Under the pieces are notes generated by a model, which saw only the letters and a list, made by a program, of their open reading frames with translations, was not told the origin of the DNA and did not search any database. Shown here one piece after another: positions 38,301-53,300 of a stretch of DNA of 64,000 nucleotides (position 1 is the stretch's first letter; each line of letters opens with the position of its first letter). Source of the stretch: Ascidiella aspersa (Eukaryota); contig OZ004613.1 of the NCBI GenBank assembly GCA_963924565.1, forward strand, positions 30,194,001 through 30,258,000. Direction: 5' to 3'. The position numbers and the translations under genes are program-made.

Positions 38301-41300
38301 AAGTCGATAAACATCATCATTGAAAATCGCAATTTGCTGAATAATATGTAAAGTAAAATAAAACTTATGATAAAAAACCTAATATCCATATGTGTATTTC
38401 TTGAAAAAGTTTGTTTATTTAAAATATTTTTTATATAATTTACATACACAAAACGAATCAAAATCTTTGTTAAGATTTGCGTGAGGTGAATTAGAGGTAG
38501 ACCTGACATTTGTAAGCCCTATATTCCAGTTCCATGAAGGATTCGCTGTTATTGATTCAATAGTCTATCGAATGTAAATTACAAATACATCCCGTCTCTG
38601 CATTTTAATAATGATCACCATCAATCCGAATCAATGCAGATATTGTTGGACCTGGCTTTTTAATCCTGACCCTAAGGTGATTTAGTCGGGGAAAAAGATT
38701 ACATTTCAGATAACGCTTGATCTAATCGTTCAAGAAGGCCGGTCCAAAGGCTGCCTACATTTTCAGTCTTCGTAAGATCAATTTTGCCGCAAATATATCT
38801 TCACAAATCAAGAGGGATCGAATGTCGAAAAATAGAGGTCAAATAGCGAGAAACCAACGTTTTTGCAAATTGTTGGTTTGTTTAACAAGGTTTTACGAAA
38901 AAATTCAATCACAGACACTAAGAATTTGTTTTTTAATTTTTAATGTTTTTTTTTTTTTATCATTTTTTACTTTTTTGATGGTAATAGATGTGGCAGGGTT
39001 ATAGAAATACAAGTTCGAGTTATGAAAAAACATGGTTTTATCTTGCTATAACACAAATTGCATTTAGGTTGCATTAGGGCTAGGTGTCCCCACGTTCTGA
39101 CTACGATTCAAGTCCTTGAATGATCAATTTTCGGCGTAAACACATGCTTTTAAATCAAGGAAGAACAGATCTCAACAAAAACATTTCAACTAAAACAATT
39201 TTGTTACAAAAAAATGGTACTACAAATTAGCTTAACAAAAAAGTTTGTGAAAAACGCCAGAAAAGCCGTTTTACTTTTCGCTTTGAATCAGAAATTACTA
39301 GCTGGTTTGTTGACTGAATGCATTAGGGTTTGGAGTTTCCCGCTTTCGTGGCATTTCAAGATCGCCAACCTTTCGAAATTGACTTCAGCGGTTGACGATT
39401 CACATCTGGGTCGCTTTGAAACCTAATTTTAGCCGAAGTTCACAAGATTCAAGTTCGATATTTGTCAGCAACCATGGCGTTTCTCAGGTAATTGTGCCAA
39501 GAAACAGCACTTTTAGCATTTCAATCCTAAACCTCACACATTTGGAGGCGTGTAGCCGTCACATTACAACCATCGTTTCTTGTTATGTACGACCACACTT
39601 TCCCGAACAATTTTGCAAGCTTATTTTTGGTGCTATGCCTTGCGGGCAAATTGGACAAGGAGCTTGGTTTGCAATAAAGTCATTTCTTGGCGCTGCTCAT
39701 AAATATTGATGCAACGTTTCCGCCCAATGTCATAACAAACACGTCACTTTAAAACCTGAATCATCTTTTCGTGCATATTAAAGCTTTTTGTAAGGTTTTT
39801 CTAGACCAGCGGTTCTCAACCAGTGGGCCATGGCTCAGTGTTGGGCCATAAGAACATTTGAGGTGGGCAACAGACCAAATTAAAAAAGCTAGATTTAGTT
39901 TCATTTGTGTCACTATATTTGATTTTACAGGAATAATGGTTTGGGGACGAAATAAAAAGGAATGTAAATTTATTGTTCAATTGCAAGTATCTCATTGATG
40001 CACGGTTGAATAAATATTCTATTTTGAAATACGTTCTGCTGTGTTTTGTTCTAAACCTATTTTACTGTTTTTTCTTTTGTAAAAATTTAGTGGGCCATAT
40101 AATTTTTTTGCAACGTTAATGGGCCACGAACGAAAAAGGTTGAGAACCACTGTGATAAAGCCAAGGCCACCACATGTTGCGGAATATCGCTTACACTTAC
40201 ACTTGGAAACTAATCCTTATGGGTAACTTTGTTCACTATAAGGGCGTATATTTGACAAGGATAGAAAATGCTACATATGTTTAACCAATCTTAATGATTC
40301 TACTTATGTCTAAACAACCATTTAATATTTGTACTGTTTTAAAAAACAATTTATTGTATTTAAAAAAAATTACTAAAAAGCGTTTATAGGTATATCTCTG
40401 AGAAAGTAAAAATAACATTAAAGTAATGAAATAGTTCACGAACAAATAATCCACATCGAAACTGGATAATTTGTCGCCGAGTGTTAGATTTCGCAGAGTT
40501 CTTTCAGATCTTGGGACTAAAACTATAAGAGTCATTTTTTATGACAAACCGCGCAAATACATGCTTTAAAGTAGAAGGTAAATTCAACCATCCCTTATCA
40601 AACTTTTTTTCGCACTTCTATTAATAGCAGTTTGGTGGAATTTCGATATTAAAGTGACAACTTTTCAACGTTGCGTGCTCAATTATGTCAATGCTCAGAC
40701 AGCTAACATTTCCAATCGAGCGTTACACAAAGAGAGGAATTGACCTGTGCAGATAGAACACAATAAAGTGACTGGTGTTAATCCTGGTGTGGCTCCATAA
40801 CGAAGCGACGGGGCAACTTGTAGAGATAAATATTCCATCAGTGGTTCTTAAACGCCGTTCCACTATATTTTCCCGGCTCGCCAAAAAGTTTTCGTTAATT
40901 GTTCAATTGGAAATTATGTATTTTTACCGACTTTTTACTTCTCAAAACCGACAAATGCCACCAGGCTATTAATTGTCCGTTGCAAGACCATCTTAAATAG
41001 GCAAGACGATTCCCGACACGAGTTTCAACAAACATAACACGGGTCGATTTGTCGAAATATTGGGATTATATAGTTGGTTCGTTTTCAAAAGTACATTTTC
41101 CGCCATTCTGATAAACGTAAAAATCCGAATCTGCAAAATTTGGGTGAATGTTGCACTGAATATGTTATAAAATCGAAATCTGTTGACCCTTGCAAGATAA
41201 ATGTCGACCTTAATTCCGGATTAGTAATAGCACAATAGTCTAGCAAAACGGGTATTTAGGATAAGACACTTTTTATAGACAAAGGATAACCGTATATAAA

Positions 41301-44300
41301 ACAAGTAGAACACTCTGGCATGTTTTGCGCACCAGCTCGACTATGCAGAGCAGCGAAAACAAGCTGCAATATGTTGCTCACGTTTACTTAGCGGGACGCC
41401 TTGTAATTACGTTTTGCCGACAAGGCGTAAAATCGCCTGTCAATCTGCGTCGCGCGGTGTGCAGCAAACACATGCCTGTGTCGCCTGTAGCGTGTCGCGC
41501 TTAGGGAGGCTGTTTGCACCCAAGAGACAAACACGAGCCAAATAGTCGCGACAGAAGACATTTCTTGTTAAGCAAGTTTGCAAGCCAGCCACCTTGAAAG
41601 CAATCTGCTCACCTTATTAACTGCGCTTTAGCCTATTTCACCCATTGGACAAGTGGTTTTTAAACTGGGGTTCATGAACCCCTTGGGGCTGCGTAGGCTA
41701 GTTTTAGGGAAGGCCTAATTGAAGATAAGAGCTTAGGTAAAAAAGCGTTTTAGCACTGAATGTATTTTAACTCTATTTTAGTTCACATTGGTTAGACTGA
41801 TTTTGTTCATGACGTCAATTTATGACGTCAGCCCGAAAGATTTCATGCCGACCGTTGTCCGTGCAAACTCCCAAACAAATGCATTTTATTCCACCACACG
41901 TTGCTTTTAAAAGTTTTTTTAAGCCACCATGAAGCATCGGCAAATACAGAAATACTTTTGATTATTGTCGTTCGTCCCTTCGACTAATTTTAACGCGAAA
42001 TTGGTGCCAGGCTCATTTTAAAACTTGCCTAAAAACAATTCATGTACGTGTACAACGACTCTGGTTTAACCCTTCAGAATTCGTTGCTAAGTAATTACCT
42101 CGAACAGTTTGCAATAACATGTAAAGAGATCAGATCCCTATGACCATCTCTGTTTGTCATAGAGATCAAAAGCGGGAACAACTCTCTAACAACGTCCGCA
42201 AACCAGTCAAGGGAGTAAAAAACAAGTGCTTTTATTATTCTGTTTTTTGCGATTTCCGCTGATGCGTGTTATATTTAAATAGGACTTTTAAAATCGGTCT
42301 TAAAACACCGGTCAAATTGGTGAAAAGAATACTTAAAACACCGGCATAAACAATTGCGGTCATTTTGAAGCGGCTCTATTTAAAATAGCTCTTATGTCGC
42401 GGCTATTAAGCTTCAACAGCATAAAATGTGTTAAAAAAAGAAAAGCCGAGCGCAATTTCGAGATGCCCACGCAAAAACGGTCTTCTCATTTCGTCTTGCG
42501 CTCCTACCAGCACATTCCATCGCACGGAGAGGTGCTAATTTACTCCGCCTCGTATTTGTCCAAGGCCCGAGCCCTAAATCGCGACCCACTTCTAATGGCC
42601 TTTCTGACGTAACAAGCAGTGACAACAGGATAGCGCGAGCGCGGGACAATCTTCGCTCGCTTTAAACCAAAGTGCCTTAAAATCACAGAGCGACAGCGAT
42701 TTTCGGGCCAGCAATTGTACGAAGCTATTTGGCGAATAGAAACGACGCCGTTTTCGCTTTACAACCCCGTTATTTTCCAGTCATAACCGTCAATGCGTTT
42801 CCTAACCACCACTGGCGCGGTTATTCGATAACAAGCTGGTTCTTATGGGAGGTTTACATATTTTGTTGAACCAGGTTAACTTCACTCCCATTCCTGCAAC
42901 ACTTCACAGCATTGCTTTTCTATACTTTCAACTTCATACACACTTCTTAAAAAACAAAAGTAACCAGTGTAGAACAGGAGTTAACGGAATATTCAAATTT
43001 TACATGACAATTCATTTAAGTTAAGGAACCTTTGCTGTCGTTTAGCCCATATATACGTTAAAAAAAACAAATGTATTCTGTTGTTTTCCAGAATAATGTT
43101 TCAAGTTCTGTTTTCAGCGAACATGTGCTAATAGCCTTGGAATCCAGAAGGCTACACCACAGTGTAGGTGGAATGTATGTTTAAAATGTTTCCACAGGTT
43201 TATGGTTAAAATCCACTTATACATAAAGACATAGACATAACATTTTTTATGATATATACAATCCAATGAACTGTATTGTATAATCTGGAGGTCCTAAGTA
43301 GTTGTATAGGTATCACATTCAATGTAACTTGGTACCGCGAAGAATGTCCACATTGCTTAAAAAGTGTTGATGCTAGGTGAAATTTAAATTATCTACATGT
43401 GACACCAGTTCGTTCAAACAAATTCTTTCACATTCTCACTCCCAACTTGTCATGGTTACCACAAAACATGACTTGAAGTCTAGTTCTGTGTGCTGAAACA
43501 TGTGTGCCAGTGTCTCGCAAGCATTTGCATTCATGTGACAAGGTAGTGATAGGTGGTGTTAGATTCTGAGGACAAAAACATCTGGCCAACTTCAATCTTA
43601 TCTTCTGGTCAATCTCACTTTCCCCGGCTAATGCAATTAGGTCGACACAATCTCCGTTTTGTGACAAGAGAGGGTTAATGTATTTAGCACAACAGAACAG
43701 ACTTGCTCTAATTCCAATAGAGCCTTCACGATTTTAAATTTACAACGTTTTAAAATTTGCACTTTTTATACATTTTTTATGGTGCTAAGTAATATTTGTT
43801 TGGTACCTTTAGAGTTTTGCAAGCATATTAATTTGATTCAGAAACCAAAATGTTTGCTATCAAAGGACTTTACACCTTTCTATCTTTTTACAGAAGCATA
43901 TTTTTACATAACTGTTAATAATTCAAAATTTTAACCTAGCTGTGTCCATATATTTTCAACATATTTTAATGAGTTATTATAACTAAAGTAGTACTGCTTT
44001 TATAGCCATTTCAACCTGAAATCAGCTTTGGTAGTAATATGTTTAACTTGCTATTAAGTATTGATGTGGTAGAATGGCCAGCAGCCCAAAATTTAAAGAG
44101 GTTTGTTTCTCTTTCCGGAGGACAGGAAATATGCTTGAACCCACGTAACTGAGTGGTACTTGTGCTGGCAATACTTGGCAAATACAGCACATTAAAATGC
44201 CACTGCTCAGTTTGGTCTTTATACATTGCTGTACTTTTAATTGAAAAACACAGTTTGTAGATGAACACAAAAATAGGCCCAATATGAAGTTTAAACGCAA

Positions 44301-47300
44301 AATTATTATTACACATTTGGAAAAACGCCTTATTAGTTATTTCCTTAAGCATTTTGTTTCTTTTGACTTGAAAAACATTTAGAATCCTATGTAGGACTTT
44401 TTTATGTAAGAAAAAGTTTTTTTTGTTTTCTTTTTTAAACTTGAATTTAAAACTTTTAAATTTGTTGCCAAATCACCTTCTTTTTGTCTCTCATCGATCC
44501 TTTTCCTCGAACCATGATTTTGCATTTTGTTTCTTGTTCGAGCTGTTTTGCTGTAAGGCCTCTTGGTCCAAGCAAACGTCCCACAAAGTTGTACTAAAAA
44601 GTGAAATATGAAGCATTTGACTTTTTACAGACAAATAGCAGCATTTAAAAGATAAAATAGCAGTAAAGTATGATCATTGGTATTTATAGATTCTCATCAA
44701 TTTAGCTTTTACAAAATGTTTTTTCTTCAAACAACTTTTTTTTTATAAGGCAATATTTGTTGTGATTTGCATAGTAAACAATGTATTGCAGATGATGCAA
44801 AACTTACCTTTTTCCAATAAATTTTAACAACAAAATTACTGAAAACATTGGGTGAATTATACATTTGGGTGGACATGGTAAAATATGACAAGACACAATG
44901 TCAGATGTTTAATTAATGGAGTAAAACTGTCAATGCTATCTCATTTATGTCACAAAATACACCACAAGTTATTTTTACTTGCCGATAGGGAAAAGTGCCA
45001 AATTTAGACCTAAGTAAAACATCCTTTTGCCATTTTTTGATTCGTGTTGAAAAGGAAGCGTTAAATAAAGGGAACAGGAAAGTTATAGAGAGTGAATGAG
45101 CAATTCAGTGTCTGATCACTGCCTGCATTTCCTGGGAGATGCCATTTACATTATTCACAACTGTCAGTAGTCGCATTGCTCGCATGCTAAGTTGTTGGTG
45201 GGGAGCAAGGACAGAAGTTACCGGCAAAAACACAAGTCCAAACATGAATAATTGATTTTGGTCACAGTTATGTTTTACCTTGTTTGTGGCAAAGCGTGTG
45301 GTTCGGCTAGCAATGAAAAAAGTAGGCCATTGGCTAACAAATTAAAAGTCTAAAAGTTTGTGAATTTTCCTAACATTTTAAATTATTGTTTTTTTATAGT
45401 TTATTGATTTGAACTAAATCTTTAGAACAGATTCCACTTGAATAACTTTTTAAGCAAAACTGATGATGCATTTTGCGTAACGATAGAATTCTGCTCTTTT
45501 TGAATAAAGTTGTTTTAGATCTTTTTTATAACCTTTGTGGTTCTGTTTGGATCAGCATTTTAGTTGCTGAAAACTTGAGTAAGAACCAAGAAAATTTTCC
45601 AACTATTTAAAAGAATTTCTTTTTTGTTTTATTTTAATGCATTTCGGTAAAACAACTGCAGACAAAATTTAGAGCTTTTGTGAATGCATTGACATTATAT
45701 AGTGTGTTCAGCTAACAATGGGTGTCAAAAAATTAAGGCTGTTATCTCAAAGTACTGATCAAATATCATTTTTTTTTACCTCTGGGTGATCCTTAACAGG
45801 GACGTAGACTTTCTCGGTGAGGGTGAGGGTGGGACCAGTTGGTGGGGGGAGTTCGAGCGGTTGTTTGTCTCCGTTTTGGAAGAGAACTGATCGAACTTTC
45901 ACAATTTCTAAAAAAAATTAACAATTTGCTAATTTCACACATGGCAATATTTTTGGGTAATTTTTACACAACATAAAACATATCAAAGTTCATTGCAATT
46001 AAAAACTAAACAATAATATATTCCAACTTTAAAACAACTAAAATTTGAAACTATTACTTAAAAATTTAAACGCTTTCCATCATTTTTCCACTACACAAAT
46101 TTAATTTTGTAAACCACATAGTTATTTTTTAAGTTAACCACAAAGTTATGAAAGTATTTATACATTTTAAAAGAAAAAAAAACAAACAAATAAATAGTAA
46201 AATAAATGAACAATTATTGTAAGCAAGGTCCTTTTCCTCATACTTTTTTGTGTGTATCACCAAATATGGTTTGAAGCATTGTATGTGTCACACACTGGGT
46301 GATATGTTTGAGGTCAAATTTTTTTATGATTTATTTGAGTATAAGCCAGACAAAGTGTAGTGGGCGTGTGGGTTGGCACACTCATAAAACCAACTCAGTC
46401 AATGAATCAAGTATATATTTGGTTTAGGTAAATATTCAATCACAGTGAACAAACAAAGTGTAAAAAAACGATGTTTTTACACCACCTAAAATACATTTAT
46501 GCCTATAAACTAAATTACATTTTGAAATATGAAAATAATTTTTTAAACTTTTATTCGTGTGGGAATATCCTATAATTCTTTTAAAATGTTTGGTTTTAAA
46601 TATTGTCTCATATATGTTTGCAGGTAACTTTATATAGGTTTACATTGTTGCAATGATATCAAGGGGTGCAAAGTCTATTTCTAATAACTCTTGCGGAGTG
46701 CTTGATCTGATAAGTGACATTTATTACTTGAAACACATCATAGATGCATTTAATTGCAATTTGATTAGGTTAAGCAATTTACCAAGGGGAATTAAAGACT
46801 CTTTAAATGTGCATATGGCCAATGTTAATTTCCTTCAAAGACACTTTGGCTTTCCTTAAAAGCAAAATAAATAGTAGGGTCTGCGAGAATTTAATAGAAA
46901 AATTGCAAAAGCTTAAATAGCAGATTATTTAAAAAAAAAAATTTATCTTTTGATATAAAGGCTTTAGTTTTTTCACATTAATTGAGATCACATGTTATAA
47001 CTTGGCGTCTGATGGCCATATTGCTGGATTGATTTATTTGTGTGATATCAGATGAGCCGGATATGGCATTAAGGAAATGAGTGGGCAGTTCTAACTCTAC
47101 TAATAACTTGAGTATTCATTGTGTAATGGTGTGCAGATAAAGTTACACTTCAGTTGCATACAATCGTCGTAACACTGCACAACATATGGTTGTTGAAACT
47201 GAACAGTGCAATATTTTTTTGAATGCTTATAATTATCATTTTAAATCTTCTAAATTTAGAACATCTTTTCACAAATAATTTACATTGAAATTATTGAAGC

Positions 47301-50300
47301 AATTTAAATTGTTATTTGTATACCAATGTTTTAAAAATCCATAAATATATATATACTGCTGTGTTCAGAAAACAATAATATCAAAATTGTATATGCAAAT
47401 GAAATCAAGTCAAACCAAATTTGCAGCCCTGTAAATTCACTTTTAACTTTGACATTAATAATTGATGGCATAGTGTGAAATTCTCTGCTGACAAAACTGA
47501 GTTATAATCGATCAAATTGCTTGCACATTGCCAACAGTAATAACATCAAAACAAATTAATATATTTTTCCAATGCGTTTTGCTGAAATTTGTTTAAATAG
47601 TTAGGCCAAAAAAATTTGTAAATGTAGCCAATTTGCTTTAGTTAATATATGGCTTATAAAAATGAATAAAAAAAAAACTTTTTATGATGGTGTTCAATTT
47701 CTAAGTTCTCTTACCTTCATCTAATAACCTCTCAACATGTACAAAAATGCTCGGGTAAAGTTGACATTGTTTTTTGTCCTTGAGTAATTGCTGCAGGTAA
47801 TTAACCCGTTCTTTTGTCTTCTTGTCCAAATGTGAACTTTGGGGTAAACTTTGCAGCATGGCTGCTGTCGTTGACGCAATTAAATTCGACGCAGAGTTAC
47901 TACTACTGTTCATGGACCCCATGGGTGATTGGACCCCATTGCTCAACTGGGGCAAACTGTTGGGAACCGATACAGTTGGCAAGGGGGGAGGGGGAAGTCC
48001 TGCTACGGACATGCTCGGTAAAGGGTTTACGATCGAATGGCTCGTGAATCTTTGCTGCGCGTTGTCGATCTTGAAAGCCAAGTCGGGAAACTGTTGCATG
48101 TTACTGAAATTCATGTTTTATTTATTTATTGCACGTCGGCGTCTCTAGCATCGTTTGCAGTTTGGTTAGTGGAAGATCGGTTAGCTGAAATTGGTTAATG
48201 GCACCTACAGTTAGTATCTGGAAATAAGGAACATCTTGTTTTAATCTTGTCTCAACGAAGCCGAAATGGCCCTTTATAGCACAAGAACACAGCTGCCAAT
48301 TTTTTTTTTCACTGTAAAACCCATTAAGTAATTCCCAGGAAATTCACACTTTGGGGTTATTTGGGTTAAACAACCCAATTTAAAGTCACTAGACTGTAAC
48401 TTCTTGCTGGTATTCAGAGCGTAAAGACACGCATATTAATCGCTACAATAACAACACCTTAACACGCCCTTAAATCCACGCGCCAAGTTGCGATAAATTT
48501 AAAACTCTAACGATTGCAATAAGCGCTGGTTACCGCAAGGGCAAGTAACATGCCCTCCTATTTGAGAGAGCGAACTTTCACACGAGGTCCGGTACAAATT
48601 GCAGACTGGCTGGCAATTCGACCTTCTAACGTGTTTGTAAACAAAGGGTACGTCTGTTGGCGACGAAAAAGCAATCTTGCACTTTAAATTAGTCGCCAGT
48701 TTGCCGTTTCCTAATACAGAGTATACGTCACCTTAATACGAGGAATTATTGCAACCTATAACAGTTTCACAGCTGATAAAAAGCGGTTAATCACCGAATT
48801 AAACGCATTTAAACAGATTACTATCAAAATTATACTGTTATTTCATACCAACATATAAGAAATAGTGTCAACAACTATATCAAACGAACAATATTACGAC
48901 ATATGCTTACTACTAAACTAAGATAACAAGCAACGATGTTTCAAACTACACTAAGTAGTAGTGTATGCCAAAAATTATTTAGAAGAATTTAACTTGTTTC
49001 GTGGCTGATTTAAACTGTTTTATCGCAATTATACAACTAACTGATCGTATATAAATGATGGAATTTATCGAAATCTGGCGTCAGCTATTTAGAAATAAAA
49101 GGCAGATTGCCTTCGTAGCTAGAACTAACAAAAGCAAATGCTTACAAAAAACTAGGAAAATAACTTAAACTGCGCTACTCGTAAAAACCCAACATACTAA
49201 AGCAAAACTGAACCGCACACGGTACGAACGGCCAACGCAGAGCTATTCTGTTTGCCAACAACTTCATTATTAGCCGGCGTTTCCTGCGAGCAATTGCTGG
49301 CGACAACGTCAGTCGACAATTGAAGGCAGAGCGGCCCTTCTCTTAGCACTACTCTACAAGTGAAGTGCTTGGCTGCGATGCGTTTTTCTTAATCGCGCGT
49401 CTCTCTACCTAGCTGTGAAATGGAGCCAACTATGCGCTGTCGTTTCTAGTTGCTTATTCATTGGGAACCGCTTTGCTAAGCCATTATACAGGCCGGGCCT
49501 CTTTTTAAACCTGTTTTGGAACCATTTTTGTAACTTACCGGCCCCTAAACAATGGTTAAATTAGTAACCTTGCTGTATTTTTCGTTAAAACTTGTCTTAA
49601 AAAGCTTTAAATCTTGGTTTAAAAAGACATCCTTTCGCCCTTTAAGTTGGCCAATAAAAGTGGCCAATGTTGTCTGGTGATTCAGGTTGCAACACGAGTG
49701 CTTAATGGGATTTTAAACTGACTACTTTGCGGAAATAAATGACGTACTACGTTCAGTAGACCAGGTGTGTGCAACTATGCACAACATTGTTTCAGTTTGA
49801 TGTTGATTGATAAAAGGTTGAGCTTACATTGAAACTTGTGCAACACATAAAAGCTAAAGCGGCCTAACGTAAATAAAAAACTTGCCGTAAAAAAAGATTA
49901 TTATGATGTTTTAAGACCACAAGTCCACAAGGTTATTCAGACACTGAGTTTATGCGAAATAGTCTTTATAGTCAGCCTAAAAAACAAAATCTTTAAATTA
50001 AAACGAAGCTTTTGGGTAAGCGATTTTAAACTAGTTTTTTAACCTTTTTACAATAAATTTTACCAAAGGAACTCAAATAAAGAAGGACAGATTACAAAAA
50101 TCTATTTGGACGTTTTATTGCGCATTTGGGAATTTTTAATTTGGATTTGTGCTTACCGAGATTCGGTAATTATAGAAACGTTGATACATGTGACAGATTT
50201 GTAATTCATCAATAATTTATAAAGTAACCTGTCATTTTCTTCGATGCAACGGCTAAGAAACACTGTGTTCTAGGGAAATACTTAGAAACGTCCAGCCAAA

Positions 50301-53300
50301 CCTTTGTAACGTGGGTTAATACAGAGGGCCACTAATTTGGCCTAGCTATGCACTAGGGAAAGACTACTGTACTATATATGCTTAGGTTAAATTTTAAAAA
50401 TATATATTCAAAATAGGAAGCCCGTGGTTTGCTTTTTATTCCAAAATGGTCTTAGAACTTCTTTTAAACATGGCTGTAATTTTAAGAAATACAAACACGG
50501 GCCAGTGGTAATGTGCAGGTGTGTGTTTTATACTGAAGTTCTTTCGTAAATAAAACTGATTTAACATTACTTTTTAAGCACTACCCTTTAACACATTTTT
50601 TTTTTTAAAACTGATTTTAACATTACGATTTAAGCACTACCCTTTAACACATTTTTTTGCATAGCTTCTTAACGGTTTTGTGCGATTCCAATGTTTATAC
50701 ACATTTCTTGGTTTATTTGTGAGCTGTGATTGATAGGTGTTTCTGTAAGTTGGCGAACGTCAAATTCAACTGTTGAAAATAAACAAAAAATCTATTCGAA
50801 ACGTTCACAAGGTACTATCAATTTCTGTATGGGCTGTGGTATTCATTCTACGCCTAACTACAACCTCCAGCAATTTCTTAAGATTGATTCGAAACATTCA
50901 AAATGCTTCCTTATTCTGTATGGGCTGTGGTATTCATTCTACGTCTAACTACAACTTTCAGCCATAAAGCCTAAAAAACACTGGAGTATTGCAAGCATGC
51001 GGATTGCGCAAGTGTGGTTCGAACCAAACCGAAGCGTCGTAGTTAAACTATGCAGAAACGCATCAGCCGTCCTGTCTCGGCTGCGGAATTACCGTGGCAG
51101 GAATTTCAATCTCAAGCTCACCTCTTATCTCATAAACAGCGCCAAGGAGCCGAGGCGCTTTTAATTACAGCGGAAACCTGTGATTTGAGGCCGGAGTCGC
51201 TGCTTGTGAGGGCTACTTGTGTCTGCGTCCACATGTGATGATTATAATGCGATTAATTTGGACCGTAGACGCCAACGCCATGTGTATCGCCGCAACGGAA
51301 TGCCCCACGCAACCGCGTTGGAAGCCAAAGACTTAACCTGGGTTTGGAGCCTTTTGTACACAACACCGTTTAAACCGAATTTGTATACTTTTTACATTGT
51401 TTTGTTTGCTTTGTTTTAATATAACGTGGTTTCTTCAAAAAACACACAAGGGTTGCAAATTGCATGATAAGGGGTTTACAATGGAAGGCCGGTTTATTTT
51501 CAAGCAGGTTCACGGCTTTTTTAAACATAGGCGGTCTTAACCGACATTTTTTTTTTTCAAAAATCTAAGGCGAAAAATTCTCACAAAATTATTGAGAAGT
51601 GTTACTCATTTATCATATTTTACGACCATTTTAAAAACAATTGCATTCATTTTTTCCCCATTCTGCCCTTTTTAAAATATTCCTCATATTTGGGCTCCAA
51701 GTGCATTTAATTTGCCAAGATAGCGAGAAAATGGCGTTTAAAGGTGTAATTCGTCTCGACACCGGTCTTAACAGCAGTTGTGTGTTTTTCAAGATCTGGC
51801 GTGCTAAGCTTGTAATTGTTTGCAATTTGAATTGCGAAGCGTTGTTTGCACGAGAGATTAACTACGGTTTCGTTACACTTATTTACTGCGCTGTTCACAG
51901 CATGTACACTGTACAGGGTAACACCGACTAACCACTGCGCTGTAAATCTGTAATTACGGTTAGAACTTGGAGTAAGAATCAATGCCACAAAATTTCGCTT
52001 TCAAAATTCAAAGTATATCTAAGTGTTGTAATGACTTTAGTCAATAACTTCACTTAAGTGCACCTTATTCGCTCAATTTAAATGACTTAACTTGCTTTAG
52101 TCATTGATGCAAAATTACTTGACTTCTCTTATTGTGTTAAATAACTTGAAATTAAGTGTTTTTATATTTTTTAATAAAATTGGTTTATTTATTCCACTTT
52201 TTGACATACAATTTAATTGCTATACTTGTTGCGTTTTGGTTCTTTCTTCGTTGAAATGTTGCTCATTAACAAACAGGTTTGCTAATTTTAAAAGCATAAC
52301 GTTTTATTTGTATGTCAATGACTTGACTTAGAATTGACTCCATCAAACACTGACTTGACTTGCTTTTTTTGCAAATGACCTGACTTGAACTTAATTTATT
52401 TTCCAATAACTTAACTGGGCTTAGACATTTCAAAATGACTTGTTTGCGACACTGGTATATAAACTATGAAGAATGCACTACTTTTGAACAAAATTTTGAC
52501 CGGCAAAATGCCCTTTATTTTAATCGCAGGCCAGAAAGAATGAGGAAATCAAGGAAACGTGCCTAAAGCCTTGCTATGTACGCATTCCTTCATAAAGTTT
52601 CGACACCTAATTAATGAAGTGTAACCGGAACGAAACTAGCTGAAGTTGTTTGGTTGTTTCGGGAAATGCGCAAATTTTTAATGTGCAGCACCCTTAGTGC
52701 ACTGAGTCACATTTCCTTAAGCGATAGACTTTGTTATACACAATGCACCTAATCGATAAAGTGTTAAAAACAGATGTTTATTAGGGACAGAAATAGTATC
52801 CTAAATTTATTTTAATCGTCTTTTAAAATATAGCTGTAACCACATACATGGTTATTGTTGCATAGATAGATTAAATCCTTGCGGTATTTTTAAATTTGCG
52901 AACGATTACGAAAAATAAATCTAAAAAACGTTGACAAAGTGCTTCTCAACGAAAAACCCATTACATATTTCGGATAACCCATAACATTCCCTATAGTTAA
53001 GGTAATTTACCCGAAAAATAATCTTTCGCAAACTAAAATTTTAATTAACATTTCCAAACACAGCTTCCTAAACTGGGGGCCACAACAACGGGTTTGGGGG
53101 ATGTGGGTAAAACATCTTATCTTAAGTTATACTGTTTGCAACTTTTAATACGAAAATGTAAACACAAATCGAGCACAGTCCCCAACTGAACTGCACATTG
53201 CCCCAACAAATGTGTGCGGAAACAGCATTCAATACTTCCAAAATGCGAAGGGTTGCGAAAAGTTTTAAGAAATTAAAGAGACGAAAGACGGAAAAGAAAA

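Noticed and set aside
47822-48148. 108-aa and 77-aa + strand ORFs
   Set aside because: Antisense shadows of quaking exon B.
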